Shown one piece after another: positions 41,352 through 55,029 of a stretch of 64,000 nucleotides of DNA. The stretch is from Octopus vulgaris (lineage: Eukaryota), in the NCBI GenBank assembly GCA_951406725.2, contig OX597829.1, forward strand, positions 46,996,001-47,060,000, written 5' to 3'. A model generated the notes under the pieces. It saw only the letters and a program-made list of their open reading frames with translations. It had not been told where the DNA came from and did no database searches. The stretch's first letter is position 1, and the number at the start of each line of letters is the position of its first letter. Both the position numbers and the translations under genes were made by a program.

Positions 41352-42641
41352 CGAGGGGCGTTCAATAAGTAATGCCCCTGACCCACTTCCCATAGCAGTA
41401 GAGCAACGAAACTTGGCACAGTTATTAGTCTTTTTCTACATAGGAACCACCCAGAGTTACGCATTACTCCTATTGTTTGATGCAGCTCTGGAGACCGTTT
41501 TTGTAGAAGACCCCAGATTGGTCCTCCAACCTGAACGTGACTTCAGAAATCAAGGCTGCATCATCTGGGAAACGCTTTCCTTTCAAAAACAACTTCATGA
41601 CTGGGAAGAGGTGAAAATCAGAGGGTGCAAGGTCAGGAAAGTAGGGGGATGGGGGAGGAGTTCATAGCCATACGCCTGTGCTTCTGATCTGGCGACACGC
41701 GAGTTGTGGACCGGAGCGTTGTCCTGCAGGAGGAAGATGCCTTTGCTGATCTTGCCCCGCCTCTTGATTTTGATACTTTTCTTAATTTCCTCAAAAGTGA
41801 AGCATAATAGGCTCCTGCAATTGTGGTACCCTTTGCCAAGAAATCTGTCATCACTACTCCGTCCTGGTCCCAGAAGACTGTGAGCATGACCTTGCCAGCG
41901 GAGGGCTGCACCCTTGCCTTCTTTGGAGGGGGTGAGTCACGGTGCTTCCACTGCATTGACTGGGCTTTGGTCTATGGATCATCGTGATGGACCCAGGTTT
42001 CATCCTGTGTAATCAGTCTTTTGAAAAATTTTGACTCATCTTCTTGGCACATCTCCAAATTCACCCTCGAGCACTCGACGCGTTCTTGCTTCTGGAAAGG
42101 CGTGAGCAACCTGGGAATCCATCTGGCAGACACCTTATGCATATGCAAATGGTCATGAATGATAGTTTCCACAGACCCGGTACTAATCTTGACCTCATGG
42201 GCTATTTGGCGAATAATTATGCGTCGATATTCCAAAATGGCAGCCTCAACTTGACGGACAGATGCCTCATCAATGGCAGAAGGGGCGACCAGATCTGGGA
42301 GCTGTTTCCACAGAGTTCCGACCATGTTTGAATTCACGATGCCAGCGTTTTACAAGGTCATATGATGGGGCATCATCACCATAAGTTACTTTCATTTCAT
42401 CAAAAGTCTCCCGTGGTGTGCGTCCTTTCAAATACAAAAACCGGATCACTGCTCGACACCCAACAGGCTCCATTTCACACTTGACTCGGTTCAAACACGT
42501 GTAAATCAGAAACCACAAATTAATTCAGAGCTGTAATTTGCCACTTATTCTATAGAGATATAAATGATTGCACATGCAAAATTTCAGCTAGATCAAACAA
42601 CTGCAAGTGGGTCAGAGGCATTACTTATTGAACGTCCCTCG
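41352..42641 (-). mobile_element. Full-length mariner transposon, 1290 bp, irritans/Hsmar2-like TIRs, inactive
   Basis: TIRs CGAGGGGCGTTCAATAAGTAATGCCCCTGACCCACTT / AAGTGGGTCAGAGGCATTACTTATTGAACGTCCCTCG; TA on both sides; internal transposase. Confidence 0.95.
41425..42473 (-). pseudogene. Mariner D,D,D transposase with frameshifts and stops
   Basis: MEPVGCRAVIRFLYLKG.., WIPRLL, DETWVHH, KVMLTVFWD, QDNAPVH, PDLAPSDFHLF, ending GGSYVEKD*. Confidence 0.92.
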
Positions 42642-43422
42642 TATATTCAAGCAAGCCAATAATGGAGTTTTTACGTTATTTTTAGATCTGACAGAAATAA
42701 TAGCTAAGTATCTCATAGAATGAATAATTAACTTATACATATCTACACATATATATAATATACATACATACTTATATATATATATAAAATACAAAATGGG
42801 ACAAGAACGCAAAACATCCGGACAGCTAGGTGATACAAAAATGGACATCAATACATCCAGATAGACGATACAAAGAAAACAAGGACGGGTCGTTCAAAGT
42901 TTTCTTTCCTCAGTCAAGCACCAAATTATCCTCCCAATTTCAGGTTGATTATACTTGAGATTGCTCCAATCTTGCCAGCCCCAAATTCGGAGCAAATAAT
43001 TCAGGAGAAAATATTTGCGAAGATACCATTGACTCTGTTATTATCTAGTGTAATCAATAATATTGACGATTGCAGTCGCAAAAAAACCATTAAATAGCTG
43101 AAGGATTAAAATCAATCAAAGGGCATACTAAGTATGTCTACCTGCTGGAAATAACAGTCAAAACTCTTATTTAAATCAGCGGCAAAAAAAAAAACACTGA
43201 TAATAAACTACAGAAATCAACCGTCTGCGGACAAACGGGCTAAGACTATCTCTCAGTATGCATTCGAGTATTTGGACTAGACTCGAATGCATATTGAAAT
43301 AACAAAAGGATACAAAAATACAAGAATATATATATATATATATAGCAAAAACTCTCCGATGAACGGCAACGGGAAACTCAGAGTAACAGGTTTTGTTGAA
43401 TTTTCTGCTGCTTTAAATAAAG

Positions 43423-43460
<38 letters not shown>

Positions 43461-43570
43461 TACATATGCGAAAAAAGCATGTATGTATATATATATATAC
43501 ATATATACATATACGAAAAAAACATGTATGTATATACATATACATATATACATACATATACATACATGTA

Positions 43571-43951
43571 TAAGAATCAAATTTAGGCAAATCAAGCTTA
43601 CATTTCCATTTATATTTCTTCAGCTCTAGACCCAACATACATGAATTTCTCCCAAAAGTATATTCAATACTTCTAAAATATATAGATATATAAAATATAT
43701 AGAGTAATCAATACATTAAAAATATACATATAAAAATATATACATATATAGATATATACACTAAAGATATATTGAAAAAATAAATACATTTATAGGTCGA
43801 CTTGCAGATTATAAAACAAAGTAGTAAAAAAAAGTTAAGACTATAAGATAAAATGTGTGGATGTTACAAATTCATGCATCTTGGGTCAACGGTTGAAAAA
43901 ATATAAATATAAATGTATATGTGACGTTGATTTGCCTAAATCTGATTCTTA
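43571..43951. repeat. Inverted repeat pair (~80 bp arms)
   Basis: TAAGAATCA(A/G)ATTTAGGCAAATCAA..GACCCAA..CATGAATTT at 43571-43647, inverted at 43868-43951. Confidence 0.7.
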
Positions 43952-44089
43952 CTTCTAAATTATCCTAACGCCTCAGGTTTGAAGATCTTCAGCACTTCAA
44001 AGTGAAATCTATACATTAGAGAAATTTTTTTCCTTATAATCATATACATACATGTATACATACATTCATATTTATATATACATATATAT

Positions 44090-44180
<91 letters not shown>

Positions 44181-44282
44181 TACATATTCTTTTCTCTAGA
44201 GAAAATTCTTTTCTTTGTAGTTTGATCGCAGGTGATCTACTTCTAGCATATGGCTAACCACATAATGGTTTTTTTAGCCCTT

Positions 44283-44365
<83 letters not shown>

Positions 44366-45949
44366 TATGTGTGTGTGTGTGTGTGTGTGTATATACACCA
44401 CGCATACACACACACATATATATATGTATATACGCACATCTTTTAGAAAGGCGAGATGGTCATGAATGGAATGTTTTAGATCATTATTTTGATCAATCAG
44501 CACTGACTAAAAAGCAGCTTTAACTGTGAAGCTAATGAAGAAGCCTCTATGTGGCCTCTCAACTTGCTAGTTATAGCACCATAATCACCCTCATATCACA
44601 CCCTGATTTTAGAAAAAATTGTAGGACATATCAGGAAAGTGTAATTTTAGAGACGAAAATAACTGATAAAGCACATGTTATTCATGTTATGATCGAAACG
44701 TTTTCTATGATAGGTTTTTCTGAATCGATTTTGATGTTGGGAGGGGAGTGAACCAGGCAGCGGCGGTAGCGGCGATGGCAGCAAGAAAATCAGCACAGAC
44801 ACAGACCACTGTAAAGTAAAGATACATCGAAGTGACATTTACGACCTAATCTGGTCCTGTTCTTTTCTGAAAACCTAGAGAAGTCACTCTCGTGACATAG
44901 TAACAACATTCTACTCTATATCGAGGAAGTGATTGACAGAAGGTTTGGCAATGCTTTGTTTTTCCAAACTGAAACAGCACAACGTTGGTCTGATGTCTAA
45001 ACCTTCAAACTCCAGTATAACATCGAAACTACTTTTGTCACCATTATTCTTATGCAAAAAGAAAAAAAGTCGGTGGCTTTATCCTGTCAGTTGCTGACTG
45101 TAATTGTACTGACCCTTGGAAAGCGGTATAAACCGAAGCAGCAGCAAATTTCTTTTCATCTAAATCTTCTTCAAGCAAGTTTCAGCTTCGTCAACTTTTT
45201 TGCCGAGCACATATTTTCTTCTTCACTTTGATTTAATCCTGCTTTAGTGAAGCAGTGCCTGTTACTTGTCAAGAGTTGGGTTTTTCTACTTTGATATCGA
45301 ATCGGGCATCAGACATATGGTTTCTGTTATCTGCCAAGCGGATGTTTCTGTGAACTTTACTTTCACCTGAACGTTGACGTAATTTCCTTTCGATTTCTTT
45401 TATCTGTTTTGATTAATTGCCATCATGATGGTTTTAATTCTTTCAAAAAAACAAAAAAACAAAAATAATAATAATAATAATAATAATAAAAGCAGGCCTG
45501 GATTGCAGATAACATGCATATTGAAACAGAGCCTTTCAAAATGCAAAACGAATAAAATAAATATTTAAATTTACAAAATTCTTTTGAAATTATTACATTT
45601 TCTGTGTCATTGAACTGCTGCTTTGCTAGAGCACAACCATGAATAGTTTTAGTTTATCAAATCAAATAAGTCTAGCACTAATTTTGTCGATTCTTTTGCC
45701 AGACAGCTAAGTTACGTAGACGTAAGCAAATCAACACCACTTGCCAAGCGATGTGGGATGAGAGAAATACAGAAACAAGGACACCGCCCATATATATTTT
45801 TTTTTTTCTCTCCTTGTTTCTTTTTGTGTATCTTTTCTGTGTATCTTTCTGTGTATGTTTTATTTATATTCCTGAGCGCCATACTAATACAATTGTTTGT
45901 TTGTATTCCACCTGCCTTCGTCTTTTGTTTATTTTCATAAAGCTTCCCG

Positions 45950-45993
<44 letters not shown>

Positions 45994-46759
45994 GTTGGGC
46001 TTCCACAGTTTCTGTCAACCAAATTTACTCACTATATTAGCAGATGTTTGCCCAAAGAGCCACACAGTGACAGTAAACTCTAAAACCAAATGATTTCGAG
46101 TTTATATAGTTTTTCCTTGCGCCTATCTTCCGCAAAATATTTTTAACAGTGCAAAGATTATAGAAAACGTTTAAGTTCAGTCAACGGAGGTATTTAAACA
46201 TAAAATAATTTAAACGAAATTTTTACAATCTTTAGAATGCTAGGAAAATTATTTATAGGAACAATCTTTTCAAGGAAAATTAATAACAGGTCTGAATCAT
46301 TATAGGTGGCACTGCCGAGGGGCAAATTTGAAAAGTTTTTTGTTCATCTTCCAAAAGTTGGACATAACCAAAATTATTTAAACTTCTTTTATAAAGATTT
46401 TGCTTTTATTTATAGAAGTTTTAATGTAAAGTCATTTGAAGATAAAGTTTTTAGTTGATATGTGCTGAAATGGCAGAGTCGTTAGCACATCGGTAAAGAA
46501 AGTTTCGTGGCATTTGTTCCGACACTGCTCTCTAAGTTCAAATTTCACTAGACTCAAATCTTTCCTTTCTTCTTTTCGGACCTTTGTGTTATAAGTTCAA
46601 ATCACACTTTGGCCTAGTTAGCTAGTAAAGTTAATCCATCACCGAGTTGAACACCGCCACCTGACAACTACAGTGCCATTAGCAGAGGATTCCAATCTCT
46701 TGCAAGTTTTCAGGTCAGATCTCTGTTTTGTGGAATACCTTCCTTCTTCCTTTACACCG

Positions 46760-47140
46760 TGGAGGCACAATGGCCCAGTGGTTAGGGCAGTCGACTCGTG
46801 GTCGTAGGATCGCGGTTTCGATTCCCAGACCGGGCATTGTGAGTGTTTATTGAGCGAAAACACCTAAAGCTTCACAAGGCTCCTGCAGGGGGTGGTGGTG
46901 AACCCTGCTGTACTCTTTCACCACAACTTTCTCTCACTCTTTCTTCCTGTTTCTGTTGTACCTGTATTTCAAAGGGCCAGCCTTGTCACACTCTGTGTCA
47001 CGCTGAATCTCCTCGAGAACTACGTTAAGGGTACACGTGTCTGTGGAATGCTCAGCCACTTGCACGTTAATTCCACGAGCAAGCTGTTCCGTTGATCGTA
47101 TCAGCTGGGACCCTCATCGTCGTAACCGACGGAGTGCTCC
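46760..47140 (+). mobile_element. SINE group A (body 1, tail 1)
   Basis: A/B boxes; TSD CTTCTTCCTTTACACC. Confidence 0.9.
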
Positions 47141-48737
47141 TTCTTCTTCCTTTACACCAGACTCGAAGGTAATGTAGAGGGACACAAGCACTGCCTCCCA
47201 CTCTTAAAAGGAGAAAAAAATACAGTAACATCTCTTCTTTTATGGGAGCTTATAAAACCTCACACTCCAGCCTGACTGGTCAGCTTGAAACATAGGCATA
47301 AATGCTACCCATGATCCCCATGCAATTTCAAGATTTAATACACCGTATTATCCTTTGCTTTTAAATTCGTTTAAAATGTTAAAAACAAAAAAACAATAGT
47401 CGCAAATATTGGTTTCAAATTTTGACACTAGGCAAGTAACTTTGAGGAAAGGGGTAAGTCGGTTATATCGACCCCAGTGCTCAACTGGTACTTATTTTAT
47501 CGACCCTGAAAGGATAAAAATCGCTAAACATTTTATCCGACGTGCGAACGATTCTGCCAGCTCTCCGCCTTAATAAAATAAAATATTAAATATTAGAATT
47601 TTTTTTTCGTAATTTATTTTTAGCATTTAATATATAAGATATCCAATTTTGACATTATTAGGAGGCATTATGCAACTCTAATGAAGTCTATATCATTCCG
47701 CCAACAAAACAAAAATTCAGCTCAGTTGGTTTCAGTGGAATTTGAACGTGTAATTTAAACAAATAACGTAAAATATTTTGCCGATGCTCGAACGATTCAG
47801 CCATTTTACTAACCTGAATAGTTTGATTTTAATATAGGTCAATAACTTTGGGAGTGGTATGCGATCGAACTAACTGGTACATTATTTTATCGATCCCCAA
47901 AAAATTAATAGCAGAGTAAATCTCGGCAGGATTTGAGATCAGAACATAAAGGCCTGGAACAAATATTGCAATGTGTTTTGTTCGACGCTCTAACGATTTT
48001 GTCGGTTTCCTAATATTTGCACAATGGCACAGAATATGGCGCAATCATATATCCAATTAAATCTTCCACAGTAATTGAACAGTACTAATTTTATTCGACA
48101 CCAATAAGATGAAAGACAATCTTGATGTCGGTAGAATTTGTACTCAGAATATAAAGGACAAATCTAGAAAGATCTATAGATTTTTTTTTTTTTTTTGGCC
48201 AGCACTGCAACAAGGCTTTCTCTCCGTCACGAGCCACGCAATTTGTTTTCTACTCTCTCTTTATGAAACATTTTTGAGATGAAAACGTAAGGAAGCATAA
48301 TCTAATTTAAATTTCAGTTTTTTTTTTCTTTGGCTCAAATTTCTTTGGAAACCTAAATTTTTTTTTTTTTTAAAACTAATCATTTTCTTTTTTCATTATT
48401 TTAATTTAATTTTAATTTTTGTTTTGCTTTGATCATGTGTCATCTGTAATTATCTTTATTATAATTTTCATAATTCCTTTTTACCGCTGCTCCTAAGAAG
48501 TAATCGATGGATTTCTTTCATCACCTACATTAAACAATTTTATAATCGAATCTCATTCCTTCATCTTTTAACTTAAACTTTTTCAGTCATGTTCAATCTT
48601 TTTGTTTTTAATTTTTTGTTTTTTTACGTTTACGTGTTTCACTACTTCTGACTTTTTTTTTAATACAAAACGAATATAAATTTCTTGCGTGTCTGTATGT
48701 GTGAAAGTAACTATGTATGAGTGTATATGTGAGAGAG

Positions 48738-48775
<38 letters not shown>

Positions 48776-49085
48776 AACCACACCCAATCCAAAAGAAGCG
48801 ATTGTCATCTCATTTGTGTTTAGCATAGATTTTCGAACTAATAAGGGAGTTTGAGTCTCCTAACTATGATCACTCTTTCTGATAAAAAATGGCAGCCAAA
48901 TTTCTTTCAAATCAAACGCTTGCTGTCCTTTAAAAATATGACCATTACACTGAATAATATAGTCTTAAATATAAATCGTCTAGGAGACAGGATCGTCACG
49001 CTTAGAACGCCCTTCATTATAGGTTTTCATCATCATGATTGATTTGGGTTTAAACAACCACAACAATTACATTTACTTTTTTATA

Positions 49086-49123
<38 letters not shown>

Positions 49124-49451
49124 TCTCTCTCTCTCTTGCTCTAGTTCCATTTTTTTATTATTCGTTCTGGTAACTGTTGTCTTAGCCAACATAATGGCAG
49201 CGTGCTGGCAGAATCATTAACGCGACGGACAAGATCGTTGGCAGGATTTTTCTTGTGTCTTAACGATCTAAGTTCAAATTCCGCTGAGGTCAACTTTGTC
49301 TTTCATTCTTTAGGGGATCTATAAAACAAATATCAGTTGAACACTGGAGGGTCAATGTAATCAACATATTTCCTACCACGAAATTGCTGGCCTTGTGCCA
49401 TAATTTGAAACCAATGTTTGAACCAACATGGAGGCAATAGACGTGATGGTA

Positions 49452-50357
49452 TAGGGTGGTCCTAAAGTCTTGTCACCCCCTATCGAAAAGTAATAAGAAC
49501 AATAAAGGGACACTATGATAATATCAAGGATATGTACTGGCTTTAGTATATTCGCTTTCGTTAACATTGACGTCGTCACACATCGATAAGGTCTGTACGA
49601 ACACCATCATTTTCGTGGCACAAATTGATGCGGTGTCATGTCCTGTGTGATATTTTACGAAGCTGTGGTTTAGTGATTGTTGCAAAGGCTGCCGAAACAA
49701 CATCATTCAACTGTTGGGTATCCAGGTATCGTGGAGGCGCAATGGCCCAGTGGTTAGGGCAGCGGACTCGCGGTCATAGGATCGCGGTTTCGATTCCCAG
49801 ACCGGGCGTTGTGAGTGTTTATTGAGCGAAAACACCTAAAAGCTCCACGAGGCTCCGGCAGGGGATGGTGGTGATCCCTGCTGTACTCTTTTACCACAAC
49901 TTTCTCTCACTCTTACTTCCTGTTTCTGTTGTACCTGTATTTCAAAGAGCCGGCCTTGTCACTCTCTGTGTCACGCTGAATATCCCCGAGAACTACGTTA
50001 TGGGTACACGTGTCTGTGGAGTGCTCGGCCACTTACACGTTAATTTCACGAGCAGGCTGTTCCGTTGATTCGGATCAACCGGAACCCTCATCGTCGTAAC
50101 CGACGGAGTGCTTCCAATAATGTCACACATCGATAAGGTCTGTATGAACATCATTTTCGTGGCACAAATTGATGCGGTGCCATGTCCTGTGTGATATTTT
50201 ACGAAGCTGTGGTTCGGTGACTGTTGCAAAGGCTGCCGAAACAACATCATTCAACTGTTAGGTATTCTGGTATCGCTCTTGTGGAACTCTCTCCTTGATA
50301 ATAAAAAAAAATTAAAACAATATTTATAGATGGTGAAAAGACTTTCGGACCACCCTG
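49452..50357 (-). mobile_element. Internally deleted Tc1/mariner-superfamily element with nested SINE
   Basis: TIRs (C/T)AGGGTGGTCC(T/G)AAAGTCTT(G/T)TCACC; transposase C-terminal remnant LNDVVSAAFATITKPQLRKISHRT*HRINLCHENDGV. Confidence 0.8.
49731..50120 (+). mobile_element. SINE group A (body 1, tail 1) with ~155-bp flanking duplication
   Basis: Near-identical to 50764-51149. Confidence 0.9.
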
Positions 50358-50763
50358 CAGATCCACTAGAAATGACAACCGAGTCTTCCTTAAAACATGT
50401 TGATCTTCTTAAAGATAAAATGATATAATGAACACTGTAGGCTTAAATATAGATTTAAGACGGGATGGATGCAAGTGGAACTAAACAATAAGAAAAGCAA
50501 GTGTGGTTTTCTGTTTTGCAATTCTCAAGAAAGGGTCCCATATTATCAGTGAAGAGCAAAATGTGAGATATAATGATTGCGAGTCTTCCACTGAAAGTCT
50601 CGCTCTCCCAAAAGTGAAGATAAAACGCAATTGTTTTTTTGTTTGTTTTTTACCCGGGAACTGAAACCACAGACAAACTTTATGCTTTTCAGTCACGTTA
50701 GCTATTGTTCCTGATCCTAGTTTATTTCCCTTTTTCGATTTCTTACTGAATATTTTAAAATCC

Positions 50764-51149
50764 GTGGAGGCGCAATGGCCCAGTGGTTAGGGCAGCGGAC
50801 TCGCGGTCATAGGATCGCGGTTTCGATTCCCAGACCGGGCGTTGTGAGTGTTTATTAAGTGAAAACACCTAAAGCTCCACGATGCTCCGGCAGGGGATGG
50901 TGGTGATCCCTGCTGTACTCTTTCACCACAACTTTCTCTCACTCTTACTTCCTGTTTCTGTTGTACCTGTACTTCAAGGGGCCGGCCTTGTCACTCTCTG
51001 TGTCACGCTGAATATCCCCGAGAACTACGTTAAGGGTACACGTGACTGTGGAATGCTCAGCCACTTACACGTTAATTTCACGAGCAGGCTGTTCCGTTGA
51101 TTCGTATCAGCTGGAACCCTCGTCGTCGTAACCGACGGAGTGCTTCCCC
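50764..51149 (+). mobile_element. SINE group A (body 1, tail 1)
   Basis: TSD ATTTTAAAATCC. Confidence 0.9.
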
Positions 51150-51511
51150 ATTTTAAAATCCAATTGCTTTGTATTCTCCTTCATGTTCATCATCTTACTT
51201 AATATTATTAAAGACATCTAAACTACGTAATATCTTTTTTTAGACAACTCACAGTTCTCTTTATTTTATAATTAATAACTACGTAATCTTTTACTTTGAA
51301 TCTTTCCTTTTTCTCCCTGAAATTCATTTATAAAAACATCGTTGTTCAAAAGAAGAAAATCAGTCATCAATCATTACTTTCCCTAAAAGCAAAAATTACA
51401 ATAGTATGAAACATTCACCATGTTGTTTATATTTTCGTGTTTAAAAATGTTCAGTAGCTATCAAATCAAAGTCGATCCCTCACATAATGTGTCTAAAACT
51501 ACAAGTGTTCT

Positions 51512-51935
51512 TTCTCTTTACTCTTTACTCTTTTACTCTTTTACTTGTTTCAGTCATTTGACTGCGGCCATGCTGGAGCACCGCCTTTTAATCGAGCAAC
51601 TCGACCCCGGGACTTATTCTTTTGGAAGCCCAGTACTTATTCTATCGGTCTCTTTTGCCGAACCGCTAGGTGACGGGGACGTAAACACACCAGCATCGGT
51701 TGTCAAGCAATGCTAGGGGGACAAACACAGACACACAAACATATACACACATACATATATATACATATATACGACGGGCTTCTTTCAGTTTCCGTCTACC
51801 AAATCCACTCACAAGGCTTTGGTAGGCCCGAGGCTATAGTAGAAGACACTTGCCCAAGGTGCCACGCAGTGGGACTGAACCCAGAACCATGTGGTTGGTA
51901 AGCAAGCTATTTACCACACAGCCACTCCTGCGCCT
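51512..51935 (-). mobile_element. SINE group B
   Basis: Full-length reverse-complement homolog. Confidence 0.9.
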
Positions 51936-52226
51936 TCTTTTTTATTTTAGATATTGGTTCTAATTTCGTTGCTGTATCTTGTAAATAGTTCGATGGCTTA
52001 GAGTGTTACTCACCGGGTTATATCATGCTACGATTTAGAAAGTAAGGTTTCTATTTCCAATGGGCTGAACCATCTAGAAACACAACTTGCTGGGTGGCAA
52101 ACGTACAACCTGTCCCATCAATATAGAACCAGTGCTTCTTTGTTACACTATTATATATATATATATATATACCTTTCTAGGAGAGGCCGGAGATTGACAG
52201 AATCATTACAGCCTCTAAGGCGTTCA

Positions 52227-52843
52227 GTTGGCAGAATCGTTAGCACGCCGGGTGATATGCTTAGCGGAATTTCGTCTGCCGCTACGTTCCGAGTTGAAAA
52301 TTCCGCCGAGGTCGACTTTGCCTTTCGGGGTCGATAAATTAAGTACCACTGAAACACTGGGGTCGATGTAATCGACTTATTCCCTATGTCTGTCCTTGTT
52401 TGTTCCCTCTATGTTTAGCCCCTTGTGGGTAATCTTTATATATAAAAGTGAAGTTGTGTGTCTGTCTCCTACGATTTAGATTCCTAACTACTCCCACATT
52501 TTGCGGTGCAGTGTAACCAAAAGCGGGTATCTTATAGTCGTGATTCATATCGAGCTCTTCTGGGTATTAGCGCGCGTCTACGATGAGTCTACGATTTAAA
52601 AAATAATTTACCATCATTTTTCCCATTTTTAATGCATTTTTTTGCTATTATATAAGGGATGTAACTCTCTAAAAATGTATTTTTAAATCTCAGAACGTAA
52701 AAAGCTACAGTAATCCCCCCCCCCCCCTTTGTGGTTAGCCATATTGAGATGGCTATTATACTTTACATCTCTAAAAATGCTTATATAGTTATTTCCCTTA
52801 CAAACCCGAGCAACGCCGGGCGATACTGCTAGTAAAGAAATAA
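52227..52843 (+). mobile_element. SINE group C interrupted by a Helitron
   Basis: Tail GGGTAA|TAAAGAAATAAG split by 52433-52832. Confidence 0.85.
52433..52832 (+). mobile_element. Non-autonomous Helitron, 400 bp
   Basis: 5' TC, 3' hairpin CCCGAGCAACGCCGGG then CTAG; inserted at A|T with no TSD inside a SINE tail. Confidence 0.9.
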
Positions 52844-54988
52844 GAATCATTACAGCGTCTGGCAGCATACTCTGCCAGCATTTGTTACACGTTTGAGTAA
52901 AGAATTCAAACTCCGCCGACGTTGACTTTTCCTTTTATCCTTTCAACTCAGAATTTTACCTCAGAATTACGAGGATGCCCTCCACCCCAATATCTAACTG
53001 GTATTTTATTTTATCGAACTCGAAGAGATGAAGAGCAAATTTAACCTTGGTGGTATTTGAACTCGCAACGAAAAGTGCCAGAAGAAATACTACAAGACAT
53101 GTTTCAGCTGCTCAAACTGTGATGCGAACTTGTCTCTCTTGCTATACAGATAAACAATGATTTGCTTTGAGTAGTCAATAAAAATAGTGGGTTTTAGTCA
53201 ACGTCATTATCGTCGTCGTCATCGTCATCGTCATCGTCGCCATTTTTCTTCGTTATCGCTGTACTTCTTGTCAGACAGTAGACTAGGATTAGCACGGCGC
53301 GTGCATATCTATCATCAAAGACTTGACAGCAATGACCCTTACTATATTATTTTCTAGATGTCATGTATCAAGGAGGAGGATCTATATAAAGTTCTTTCAT
53401 TCTTTCGGCGTTACTGAAGAGGAATTAATTGCCTCACATATAATTAAGATATAGATTTTCTTTTTCATTCGGGTCAAAGTAAACTATTCGTAGGGAATAA
53501 AAATGGTGGCTATAACATTGATTATTTTATTTACAGGCATTAGCGACACTATTGCTATAACGTACATTTGACACGGAATCAAAGTAACAGAAGCAGTATT
53601 AGTTCAGAATGGCATTCTGTATATCCTACTCAATGCAGATATTCTGTGTGAGAGTCATAATACAACAGTAATCGTCTTAAGAAAGCATCTCTCACAGATG
53701 TATAGTACTAAAGAGTACAGAATTGTATTAGAATCAGATGAAAAGCGTCCGTCAATGGCAGTGAAATTGCTAAATTTGGATTTCTGCATCATTACGCGTT
53801 ATCAGCAGCAAGTGTCCAATATCAACTGCATGCTTAGACAAATTTCTCCTCAACTGATATGGAAAAACAGTGATTGACAAATCACTAGTGTCGCAAATAA
53901 CTGGCAGGTTAGGTAAAAACTCATTACTAGCGAGGGAGAAGCAGTAACTTACCAGCTGCTTATTTCGTGTTATGTAAAGTTTATCATAGACTTATTCATT
54001 TAACCGGGCACAAAAATCCTTAGACGAAATGAAATATATCTTAATGTTTAACCAGGGAAGAAAGGACAATTCCTGTGACTTTTTTTTTCCTCGGGGCCTC
54101 AGAGACAAGTTTTTACAAATCAAGAAAGTTGTCTTCCAGCCAGCGACCAATCGTAGATATTTGCAAACCAGGTTGTAGCATTAAATCAAAGAATAGGTTT
54201 AGTCTAGCGTGCAAAAACTCAAAACACATAGAACCAAAACAAATATCCCCATAAGTCGTCTCGTCTGACGATCTAGTACTTTCGCAGATGTATCGCCCTG
54301 TCAGGTTCTATATTTTGTCGACCTCCAGGAGAAAAGCAAAGGTGAACTGAGTTGGGTGTGGCTATTTGGACTCATATCACAGTGAGCTGGAATAAATACA
54401 GAAGTGACGCTTTAAAACTGATGAAAATATCAGTTCGCCAAGAGATAAAATAAGTAAATTATTCATTCCTTTAGACTAGGAAGAAGGCCAATACACCTTG
54501 GAACTTTAGCGAAATAGGTCAATCTAATTTATTATTGAATTTATTCGACCAAATTAAATAATGATGAAAGCAATGTTTAACCTGACAGGGCTTGAAATCG
54601 AAATGAAAACAAATGCATTAATAAGGTCACCTCAACTGTTCTGTGAAGTAATTAGCTTCATTAAAAATATTATTAGGGCAGTGGATTGGCAAACTCGTTA
54701 CGTTCCGATTCGTTACGTTTTGAGTTCAATTTCAAAATCCTCCCCCGGAGGTTAACTTTGTATTTCCTCTTTCAATGTCGATAAAATTAAGCGGTCCATC
54801 AAGTAATCCCCTTCCTTCGAAATTGATGACCTTGTACCTAAATCAGAAATTATTATTTAAGATATGCATGCATCAACGAGGAGATAGCGAAAAGGAAAGA
54901 AAGATATAATGTTGTAGGGTGGGTTGGAGTGGGAGTGGTTCGTAAATTTTTGCATGAATTTTGGAATTGAATTTATGTTTCCTTTATT

Positions 54989-55019
<31 letters not shown>

Positions 55020-55029
55020 CTGCTGCTGC

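Noticed and set aside
44750-45430. Complex, coding-looking segment on the - strand
   Set aside because: Many stops in the frames I read and no recognisable motif
49731-49805. Functional tRNA genes at SINE heads
   Set aside because: No convincing cloverleaf or terminator; they continue into SINE bodies with TSDs
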